This document shows, piece by piece, positions 22,901 to 32,323 of a stretch of DNA of 32,323 nucleotides. Where the stretch lies: positions 1-32,323 of the forward strand of contig LWCA01000323.1 of the NCBI GenBank assembly GCA_001642005.1. The letters are read 5' to 3'. Position numbers and translations under genes: made by a program. The notes under the pieces are model-generated. The model worked only from the letters and a program-made list of their open reading frames with translations. It had not been told where the DNA came from and searched no databases. This stretch comes from Intoshia linei (Eukaryota > Animalia > Orthonectida). The number at the start of each line of letters is the position of its first letter. The first letter of the stretch is position 1.

Positions 22901-24215
22901 TCAAAATTAAATCTTTATATTGATATCCTAATGGATGTTGAATCAGACGATTAAATGTTTTTTTATATTGGTCAAACTAAAATCCTTGATAATAAAAAGT
23001 ATGGCTTTATAATTACATGCAAATGAGTTAAATTTTCCATAAACTTTTCAACCAAACCTTCTAAAGTCATTTCAACACTTGAACTAACACTTCTAAAATG
23101 ATAAATTAAAATAATAATCATTAGAAAAATGAACCGACCCTTAACATTAATTTACAAATTATTATATTATAATACATCATTTTTAATACACTGGATGGGT
23201 CATAATTAAACTGAAACATATCAAAACGATCATTTTAACTGACACTATAATTTATATTGATTAAAAAAAATTTTGAAAAAATATTCGTAAAAGTGCCCGT
23301 ACCGTATGCTGATCCGCCCGATTGGGTCATATTTTTATTAAAGACGTCTCACTTTTAGGTATTTACTGGAATATTTAAAATTACTCATTAAATTCCTTTT
23401 TTTTTATTTCATCTACCACAATTGCACCATTACACTTTAAAATAGAATTATTCAATTCAAATAAAGAGGTAGAGACTTTCTAAAATTATATTACATAAAT
23501 CTACCCAATAATACATTGATCATGTCGTAAAAATTTGGAAACAATGTATAAAATTTGTTTTTGAATGGCCGTCCATCATAATCAAATTGAATAGCTAAAA
23601 ATTTAAAAAAATAAATAAATACATTTTTTTAAGTATTACCTTGAATTCGTGGAATATATTCTTGCGGTGGCTATAAAAATGAAAAACATAAATATTTAAC
23701 TGAAATTAGAAGATTTAAAAAATTTTTTAACCGACACTGAAAATGGGGTTTTAGGGTAAAATAAATCTTTAAACTTTAATTTAAAAAAAATATCACCTAT
23801 AAAATTACATAAATTCCTTTAAGATATATAATATAAATTTAAATACCGACAAAATATAAAATACCTTCATGAAAGGAATTGCCCTATTATCCATTAAACC
23901 AGATGGTAACAAATACGCAATGTGTTTCTAAATCAAATCTAATTCTCAATCATCAAAATGATTTTAATGTACATTAATTTCGGCTTGCGTCAGATCATCA
24001 CTGGTCGCATTCATCATTTTAGCCAAATGTTTTTTACCAATAGCAAAATTTTTTTCTTCGTTCTGCATAAACCTTTCTAATCAAAAAAATTAAAACAATT
24101 TAACACTATAAATACCCTTGTCTCGAACATTATCTAAATATATTTTCATGGCATTATTAATATTCTTATTTTGGCTATTAAATCTTTTTGCGACATAAAT
24201 TAAACGTAAACGCAT
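19951..24215 (-). CDS. MRPS9: Mitochondrial small-subunit ribosomal protein uS9m, about 363 aa, 13 exons
   Basis: Absent from the ORF track because the exons are short: 24215-24116, 24076-23973, 23927-23865, 23670-23640, 23594-23515, 23479-23385, 23092-23017, 22976-22851, 22790-22745, 22671-22563, 21454-21285, 20083-20005, 19963-19951, all phase-consistent. Motifs [68 protein letters not shown]. Confidence 0.93.
20362..21205 (+). mobile_element. Deleted hAT (Charlie/Buster-like) element in an MRPS9 intron, outer element of a nest
   Basis: Perfect 12-bp TIRs TAGGGCCGTGGA / TCCACGGCCCTA. Remnant [25 protein letters not shown] at about 20573-20650. TSD poorly preserved (CTCCCAGC / GGTACAGC). 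Confidence 0.78.
20743..21177. mobile_element. hAT MITE nested in the previous element
   Basis: TIRs CAGAGCCGTATTAAG / CAGAGCCGTTTTAAG (14/15). Perfect 8-bp TSD GGCCTACT (20735-20742, 21178-21185). Confidence 0.88.
21689..21930. mobile_element. Old hAT-like MITE
   Basis: Ends CAGGGTGAAAAAC..GCGG..CGGCCACATGCGGC and GGTTGTGCACTCCTG resemble Charlie/Buster-type termini. The TSD is not convincing. Confidence 0.45.
22110..22290 (-). repeat. Dispersed repeat family A, copy 4 (partial, inverted)
   Basis: Aligns by eye to 7250-7410 (TTTTGA.CATGAAG, ACGA.AAT.TTAAT.ATTTTAA, TGTCCAAGAAT, AAACAAAAA). Confidence 0.5.
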
Positions 24216-24288
24216 CTTTATTGAAAAAAATGAAAATAAAGTTTTAATTACAAATGGGTTACCCATTATGGGTAAGGTTAATACTATT

Positions 24289-27200
24289 TTATTTTAAATT
24301 TGGCAATTGATAGACACCATTTTTTAATTCAACTTGTCCATCATTTATTTTAGAGTTTAAAAAGTTTTCCATTTTGTTTTCAGTTATGGACTGTATGTAT
24401 TCTGAAAATTCCATAGTGTCGAAATCACCAGATTGATTAGAATCGTCCCTAACGTCCACAAAAAATTTTAACATTGATAATATTTTTGAAAGATTCATAG
24501 ACTTCATACTGGTAAGCATGCCCGTCACATATTTCCAAATCATCTAAATTTTAAATTAAAATTTCATTTAAATGATAAAAAAAAAGTTGGAAAAGGATTT
24601 ACCTCGTCAAAATTCTTTTTCCCCAAATTTTTCTTTGTTTTTTGATATACTTCGTCAACATTGATAGTTACATCATTTTTTCTTGCAATTGACGCGTCGT
24701 ATTCTTCATACATGTTCGTTTCGGTTTCCATTATTAGATTACGCATCATTAACTGTTTCAATTTAATTCGTAGTGCCTGCTCGTCAATTTTCATAATTTT
24801 TAAAAGGTCCATCAAACTTATTATTTTCTTATCGCTAATGTGCATTAATATACTTGATGAGCAAAAATCTAGAGTTTCGTATCGCACATCTCCATTAGAC
24901 ATGGTAATTTTTAAAGTTGTATTTCCTACAATAATGTACAGATTTATTATTATTATTAACCGTTTGACACTCACGTCTCGGTGATGGATTACTTAACTAA
25001 ATAATAAAAATTGTAAACTCTATAATTTTTTTATCTTAACCAGAAAAATGTCAAAATTCCCTTATAGTGAATTTCAAATTAAATCTTTCCATCAATTATT
25101 AAAAAAAATAATTAAACTATATATAATTATTTACCTTGAGAACTACAGATATTCAGTTTTTGGTTACTTTTGAATATAATGTACATCGTTTGATAATAAT
25201 TAAAAATTTTGGTAAATGCATCATGTAATACAAATTCATTTTCATCTTTTAGCATAGATTTTGGCCAATAACAGTAAGATAGAATGAAATGATTTGTATC
25301 CAAAATATTTTTCTAATAAAAAATTTTAATTTTAATACAGATTAATAAATGTCTGTAGAATAAGGTGTGTCCTAAAACAGTTTTTAAACAATGCAAAAGT
25401 AGTCAACGGGGAAAGATGAAACTTTTTATTGTGAACAAGATAATGTGAAAACCATTGACTTTTTGCATTTTAATACAATTTTTCAAAAATGAATATGAAC
25501 TTTATAAAAAAATATTGGTGTGGTATTCGATGTGAATTCATGCGTATAAATAGTATATGTAACATTTGTTTTCATAAATTTTTTTCATATAATTAGCATT
25601 ATAAATGATCATTAATAATCAAAATCTTAAAAGGCTGCCCTAATTAAGCACTAACGTGATTTCAGTAACTTAGAGCTCCACGGATTTCTCATTAAGCTTT
25701 TTTACGACAACTCCTTAAAAATTTTGAAATCACTTAATGAAGTAAAGAGTTGGAAGAAGAGTTCAAGTTAGAACAGTAAGACCCAATTTTACAAAAATTC
25801 GTCAAAGTTCAGAAGAGGTCTCGGTTACGGTAGGTTGAGTTCTAGGTTAAGACAAGACATTAAAATATTCAATATCACAAAACAAAATATACCTCCGTAA
25901 GACCCAACTCTGCACATATTTTTTTGAATTGAATACAAAGATCCTCATCAAAGTTGTCTAAAATACTGGATTTAAAACAAGATTTCATTCTCATCGATTC
26001 AACAATATCTTTAACCATAACTTTACACTTATGAATAGTTTTAGCTCCAAATTTAGCTTCAATAAGTTCCAAAGTAGTCTGATTAATGGATTGATCATAA
26101 CTCAACCGAGAAACGATATTTTCCGCAAAATTAAAGTGAAATTGTTTCATAAAAGTTGTCAAGTTTCCAAAAATATGAATAAGGGAATCAATTATATCAA
26201 GGTCACAGCTATAAGATTCATATTTCCTTTTATCGTCTCCTACAGCAGTATCATTATATTCAATTTCGTCCAAATCTGTACCATTACCAACATTCTTATT
26301 TTTAACCAAATGTTTAGTATTTAAAACATCCTTTTTAAACATTAAATCCTCAAAACAAAGTCTATCAATTAGTCGTTTATCGCAAGCCGGCTTAGGATTC
26401 CAAGGTTTACCGAAAAATTTGTCAAAATTTTTCATTTCCTCTTCATCTTCGTTTTTTGGAGTAGGTTTAACATTTTTAGTTTGCAGGATACGAATGAGCT
26501 CATTTTTTAAATCACTTTCCTCGTCAATAAGAGATTGGACTATGCACTGTAAAGTGTCTTTGCGATGTCTGAGGTACGTTCGAAGCGGTTCATAAACTAA
26601 ATTTAAAAGAACACCAGTTGGATCCAACATTTCAAAAGCTTTGACGGCAGAAACATAGGCCATCAAAATATCCTCTGTTTTGACGCCGGGGTGCAATAAT
26701 TTCTTTGATAAAAGTTTACGTAATTGTATAATATTTTCATTATTTAATCCCACAAACGCTACAGATTTTTTTAAATCTTGAATAGTCGGGATAGATTCCG
26801 GGTAATCCAAAACAATAAACAAAATTTGACTGAATCTAAGGTTGCTAAATTCTAAATAAAGTCGTTGTTTCAAGCAATACTGTTGCCGATACATTAAATT
26901 TGTATAGTCTTTACTCGATTTTTGATAAGGCGCGTAAATCGTAACTAACCATGGAATTAGTACAGCATATAGCCAATCTACCAAATGATTAAAACAACTT
27001 TTTTCATATTTTTCTTGGCAGACATTTTTTACTTTATCTTTGATAATTTTGTCGACTAAAGCTGTAATTATTTCCATGTTATTGTTTGCCATTATACCAT
27101 ACACGATAATCATATCATTCACTTTTAAATACCTTGTGTATTCTTCTTGTAGAGAATCTGACAATCCATCTTCAGTTTGAAGGTGGATTTTGTACATTTT

Positions 27201-27730
27201 TTTATACATGTGATAAACTCCAACCATTACTTTTCTATTACGAAGATGAACCAACATTGCTCCAGTGCCCAAATTTAAACACCGTGCTTCGAATTTAAAA
27301 TTTTCATTTAATAGTTTATTCAATCTATCCCATACGCATCTTTCTTTGTTTAATGCCTCATGGTAAAAGAAGGCCCAGTCAATAAACTGTATACACCAAT
27401 TTTCTGCGTACCAAGTCAAATCTTCATATATAGTACCAATGGAATTGTAATTATTCTTTTTTCTCTCACACACGGAAAGATTTACATTAAACAATTTATC
27501 TGTCAATGTTTCATTAAAATTGAACCTGTACACAAGTTCTTGATTGTTATCGTCGAAAATATCACACATTTCATAATTTTGTTCCAATTTGTTTATGCAG
27601 TTCATTACAATAGCATCGAAATGACAAAAGTAGTATTCAAATAGTAACATTCTTTTCATTTCCAGTATAAAAGATTCATTTGTTTCGTCCACCTTTACGT
27701 TCTTGTTTTTGTCTTGATGGAAATTTTCGC
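24289..27730 (-). CDS. ANAPC2: Anaphase-promoting complex subunit 2 (cullin-like); 5' end uncertain
   Basis: Exons (27730)-25893, 25312-25135, 24925-24603 and 24543-24289. APC2 motifs LFIVLDYPESIPTIQDLK, KLLHPGVKTEDIL..YVSAVKA..LDPTGVLL..YLRHRKDT, WNPKP, KFG...CKVMVKDI, ILSYCYWP, and the C-terminal WHB domain IWKYVTGMLT...GVYQLP. First ATG in the long exon is at 27659. Confidence 0.92.
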
Positions 27731-28950
27731 CTAATTATTAAATTACAATATTCTCGTCTGTTGATAAAGTTCCCGAATTTGAGACAAATTTTGATAGATA
27801 CGAAAAATCACTGAATTTTTCACAAAGACAAATTATAAAATTTTTCCAAATGTATAAATCTAATCTCATAATTTTTTTATTCGAAATTTGCATCTTCACG
27901 ATAAAAAACATTTTTTCTTCTATCATGCATTTCGGATAAAGCAATGATATCCACGTTGAAATAAATCTTAAACCCACTTAAACTTTTTACCCTGAACTCG
28001 TCTCTAAAATATTGGGGAAAATAAGCTCGAACTAGTCATTTTCAAATTTTTAAAATAAAAACAAAAATAAAAATCTCGAAACCTTTAAAAATCCGGTAAT
28101 AACCTATTAAAATTTGGCTAAAAATAACCAGAATTTCTCGTATTTTTTTTTTGATGTCTGATTAAAAAAAAATATAAATTCTTAGACTATAATTATAGTA
28201 ACAATTCTGAAAAAATAACATATTAACCTTTTTGCAATTTATCCAAGTAACGTAAAAAGCGATGATCAATTCGTAAATCATTATAAAGTAATTTCGTTCT
28301 GTCATAATTTTCGGGGTTCTAAAATATAAACATTTCAACTTAATATATTTGAATTTCAGGGATTTAGCGTAGACTAGGAGTCTCGATTATTAGAAATATT
28401 GAAAAACTAGGTTTCTGTTGCTCCAAGAATGCCGAACGTGGTGTACTCAAGACCCATTTAGGGATATTTCTACTTTAATTCAAACTCAACCCTTCTTTTC
28501 TACTGTAATCAGTATTTTCTACCCTTATACTAAAGAAATTAATTTAAATTAATCAGAGAAATGTAAATTATTTTTTAAACAAAATAGAATAGAAAATCTA
28601 TAATACTAACGACAACTGTATTCTGAAAATGACAATAAATTAAATTACATTTTTTTGAAATACATAATTAACTATTCTTTTAAAATTTTCATGAGTTTTT
28701 ATGTTATCGTCCATTTATGAATCCCAAATTGATAATGCATTAAAAATTAATGTATTTAAAGTTTAAATTAATCTATAAATTCTATAGCTATCGGTCTCGG
28801 CTATTAAAAATTATTTAGGTGAAGTGGCCAGAAAAATACGTATACATGTCTATCAGGCATCGGAAATTATAGATTGATTGCAATAATTATGCAATAAATT
28901 GAATACAATTTAATTTGTAATTAATATTTTATGTTTACATTAGAATTGAT

Positions 28951-31770
28951 TCAAATTCTTTTGTCTTTTATTGCTTTCAAAAAGAATTCTCTCAAACAAT
29001 TACAATAATGATCCTTAAATGATTTAATAATACCCATGTCTAAAGGTTGGATTAAACAGGTCGTATTCTTTGGTAAAAAGAAAAGTTCCACATTAGAACA
29101 TTCAAACGGTTTATGACAACTAGCGTTGTCCAACATAATTATAATTTTCCTATTTTCTGCAATCATATTATTTATTATCGTTAACCATAAGGCACGAAAA
29201 ATGTTATTTGTCATCCAAGCGTTTTTAGATGAAAAATATAGAACTCCATAATCATTACAAGACATATTTTTCATGCATTGAGGATTTTTAGCTTTTCAAC
29301 TATCAATGGCTGAAATTTGTCACCGATTAAAGTTTAACTTAAACTGCAACAAAGAAGGAGGCTTATTTCTTCTTTGGTTTTTATAGTACCTTTGCATTTA
29401 TCATTTTTTTCTACGAAAGATTTAGATCAGGGGTGGGCAAACCGCTTCCCGCGGGCATATTTTTGCCCGCTCAGGATTTCAGCTGATTATGTTAAATATC
29501 GATTAATATTTGAAACTTAATTTCAATATGAATTTTAACTTTAGTGGTATTTAACAGGTGACATATTTGCAATTTAAACTATTTTATCTACTCAATTTGA
29601 ATTTCAATGACCACAAATACATTATCCTTTAATGATCAATGGACCCATGAATATTTTGTTATCAATTATGAAGGTAAAGCGTTGTGTTTGATATGTGGGA
29701 AATTATATGGCCAGTTATGAAATTAGCTCCCTAATAGCTAAAAAATTAAAATCATACTAAGATGGTGAGTTTATAAAAGAATGTTTACTAAAAACGGCTG
29801 AGATATTAGTTCCAGATAAAATGCAGTTATTCGGAAAAAATAGTCTACCAAGAAAAAGCGTTACACAGCGAATTGGTGAAATAGCCGAAAATATTGAATT
29901 TTCATTAAAAAATATTTCACATACTTTTATATTTTATGGTTTGGCTATTGACAAAACAGCTAATATTACCAGCACGGCACAATTAGCTGTATTTATACGT
30001 GGGATTGATGTTAATTTTAACATTACAGAGGAGTTACTTAGTTTGAATACCATGTATAGAACTACAACTGGACATGATCTGTATTGTAATGTTAAATCTA
30101 TGATTCAAGACTAGAATTTATCTTTTGGTAAATTGTGTGACATTTCCACAGATGGAGCACCATCCATGGTAGCTACTCATAAAGGCCTTATTAATTTAAT
30201 TAAAATTGATCTGAGAGGCATGGGATATAATTCAGATGATCTAATCATGTCACTTTATTATTCATTAAGAAAATCTTTGTGCTCAGTCGTTAGACTTAAA
30301 AAATGTGGTATCGTCAATTACAAAGTGTATTAATTTCATTAAAAATAATGGTCTTAAATCTAGACAATTTAAAAAATTATTATTTGATCTTGAAGAAGAT
30401 TATGGAAGTTTAATATACAATTGAGAGATACGTTGGCTTTCCAAAGGATTTATGTTGAAAAGATTCTATCAACTGAAAAACAAAATAAAAATATTTATAC
30501 ATGCTAGAAATTACAATATGCCACAACTGCAAGACAAAGAGTGCTTATGTGATTTATCTTTTTTAGTTGATATCACTCAGCATCTAAACACGTTAAACTT
30601 AAAATTGCAAGGACCAAATATTTTAATAACTTCACTTTTAACAAATGTCAAAGTTTTTGAAAATATTTTAAAATTATACATGCATCACTTACAGCAAAAC
30701 GATACTACACATTTTCTATTTTAAAAGAGCAAAATCCAGAAAATACAATAAAATATGTACACTTTACTGTGAATTTGAAAAAAAGAGAATTAGAATTTAA
30801 TATTTTTGAGACACTTTTTAATGTCTTGCCACAAAATGTTCCCAGAATATTACATTTGGAATTCATCGAATTACAAGCTAATAATGCCTTACAATTTATA
30901 TGTAACTAAAGATAGATTTCATCATCTTCGAAATCATGGATTAAAAATTGCGTCACTATTTGGCACAACATATCGTTGTGAATAATTATTGTCCAAATTA
31001 AACTATGCAAAAAGCAAAATGAGGTCACGAATCACTGATAAGAACTTTGAAAGTCAATTACGTAAGACATCTTTATTACAATGTAATATAACTTCACTGT
31101 CTAAAAAGAAGCAGAACCCACCCTTCTCATTAAAAAAATACATATTTTCCGAATATATAAATAATTAAAATTTATATTTTCATTAATAAGTGATTAATAA
31201 ACTGTTTAACAATAAATTTCGTAAGCGTATTTTCGTTGCATTAAAAAATATATATCAGCGGTCTACAATATGTGAAGTTCACGCTGTGAACTTTGAATAA
31301 TTTCGTTACGATTGTAAGATACTGCATGTTTTTGACCATATTTTCTTGGAAACTAAAACAACTAGAAATATCAGAAAAAATTATTTTTCATATTGCCCGC
31401 GTGATTTTTTTGTTATGAAAATTTTGCTCGCCGACTAAAAAAGTTTGCCCATCCCTGATTTAGATGGTAGATGTTATATATATAATGCAGTTTCGTCACA
31501 ATTGTTAATATCTTTTTTGTTTCGATTTTAGATTATCATAATCAACGAAAAATTTATCCAATTGTGTTTTATCGGATTCCTTTCACCATATAGACATTTA
31601 AATGATAAATTATGTCTTACTTTAAAACGCGCCAACCATCCATTAGACGCATTGAAATTTGCAATTCTTTGGCTACATTTAGCCCAATTGCTTTTAACGT
31701 TGTACCTGAAACAGAGATATTGTGTTTTCTCATTTTTAGAAGAGCCTTTATTGTAATTGTTATGTAAATA
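28951..31770 (-). pseudogene. Decayed pogo/Tigger (CENP-B-like) transposase, split by a hAT insertion
   Basis: Right part (31466 to about 31770): FNASNGWLARFKVRHNL (Tc5-type HTH) and NCDETALY. Left part (28951-29427): SFVEKNDKCKG..., SSKNAWMT, IIIMLDNASCH, FLPKNTTCLIQPLDMGIIKSFK. Frameshifts and stops are present; TIRs were not found. Confidence 0.88.
29428..31457 (+). mobile_element. hAT Buster/SPIN-type transposon with a disrupted GTF2IRD2/EPM2AIP1-like transposase
   Basis: TIRs CAGGGGTGGGCAAAC / CAGGGATGGGCAAAC. Perfect TSD ATTTAGAT (29420-29427, 31458-31465) of the nnnTAnnn type. Motifs FNDQWTHEYF..KALCLICG, LAIDKTANITSTAQLAVFIRG, ISTDGAPSM, IRWLSKG, LNTLNLKLQG, SLFGTTYRCE. Multiple stops and frameshifts. 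Confidence 0.93.
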
Positions 31771-31911
31771 GTTGTTAAGTTGTATTTAAAGTGTTTATGA
31801 TTTTGTACACGTGATTAAATTGTTAATATATAAAATCATTACATCATAAAGTGATATAGCACGTTAAATTGTTTTTTTTAAATTTTTTCTAGTAAATAAA
31901 TAACCCGTGGT

Positions 31912-32323
31912 ATGAAAAAGGAAGGTGTTTGGAAAATGAGGTGGAATGGTGAAGATTTGAAAATGATGGTGGATACTGATGCAAGTGACAGCTTTGTGAA
32001 TGGTAAATTGGTGACTAATTGTACAAAATTTAGTGGTGAATCAAGGCAATTTTCCGGTGCATTTGGTGTACAGAAAGAATTACAGGAGAAATGCAAAATG
32101 AATGTGCAATATGGTGTTGTAATTTTTTCTATGTGATGTTATGTACTAGATAATTGTGTTGGGAAAATTTCGATGTGATTATAAGGTGCGATGTCTTAAT
32201 TAGATATGGTGTTAGTATTAACTTGAGGGATAATAGTTTGGTGTTTAATTTAGAAATAGATCAAGGTGGAACGGGGTCTAGTTCTAAATTAAAAGGTGAG
32301 GTGTGTAGTATAGTTGAATCTAC
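31912..32323 (+). pseudogene. Retropepsin-like aspartic protease remnant (probable LTR retrotransposon, runs off the window)
   Basis: LKMMVDTDASDSFVN resembles the hhDTGAxxShh active-site motif with G changed to D. The region is G-rich relative to its flanks and the ORF is broken at 32136. Confidence 0.55.

Noticed and set aside
24661-27644. Plus-strand ORFs 24661-24984, 26031-26324 and 27360-27644
   Set aside because: Antisense shadows of APC2 exons.
27735-27740. TAA TAA read as sense codons (alternative genetic code) to extend APC2
   Set aside because: TAA is clearly used as a stop at conserved C-termini in this window (MRPS9 ...WKRR*, TBCC copy 1, APC2).
27731-27746. 16-nt micro-intron GTAATTTAATAATTAG
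   Set aside because: Removing it breaks the frame with the upstream ORF, and it is far below the 35-nt minimum seen in the other introns.

Overview
Very AT-rich eukaryotic (metazoan-type) nuclear DNA with GT-AG introns, most only 35-62 nt long. This style would fit a compact invertebrate genome such as an orthonectid, but that is inference only. Splicing the exons by hand gives seven host genes: the 5' part of a Makorin gene (-), two tandem divergent tubulin cofactor C (TBCC) paralogues (+), a PCTAIRE-type CDK (+), a Headcase-family gene (-), mitochondrial ribosomal protein uS9m/MRPS9 (-) and APC2/ANAPC2 (-). Intergenic DNA and all long introns are filled with non-autonomous or decayed DNA transposons (piggyBac-like, pogo/Tigger, several hAT families, Helitron/DINE-like repeats), including three nested insertions, and there is a retropepsin remnant at the right edge. 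Most notable: APC2 and MRPS9 lie head-to-tail only 73 nt apart with an unpaired acceptor-like AG directly before the MRPS9 ATG (possible operon or trans-splicing); one TBCC copy appears reduced to its catalytic domain; Headcase appears to lack its N-terminal domain; uS9m has lost its GGG-x3-Q loop; and the convergent CDK and Headcase genes share a palindromic double poly(A) signal.
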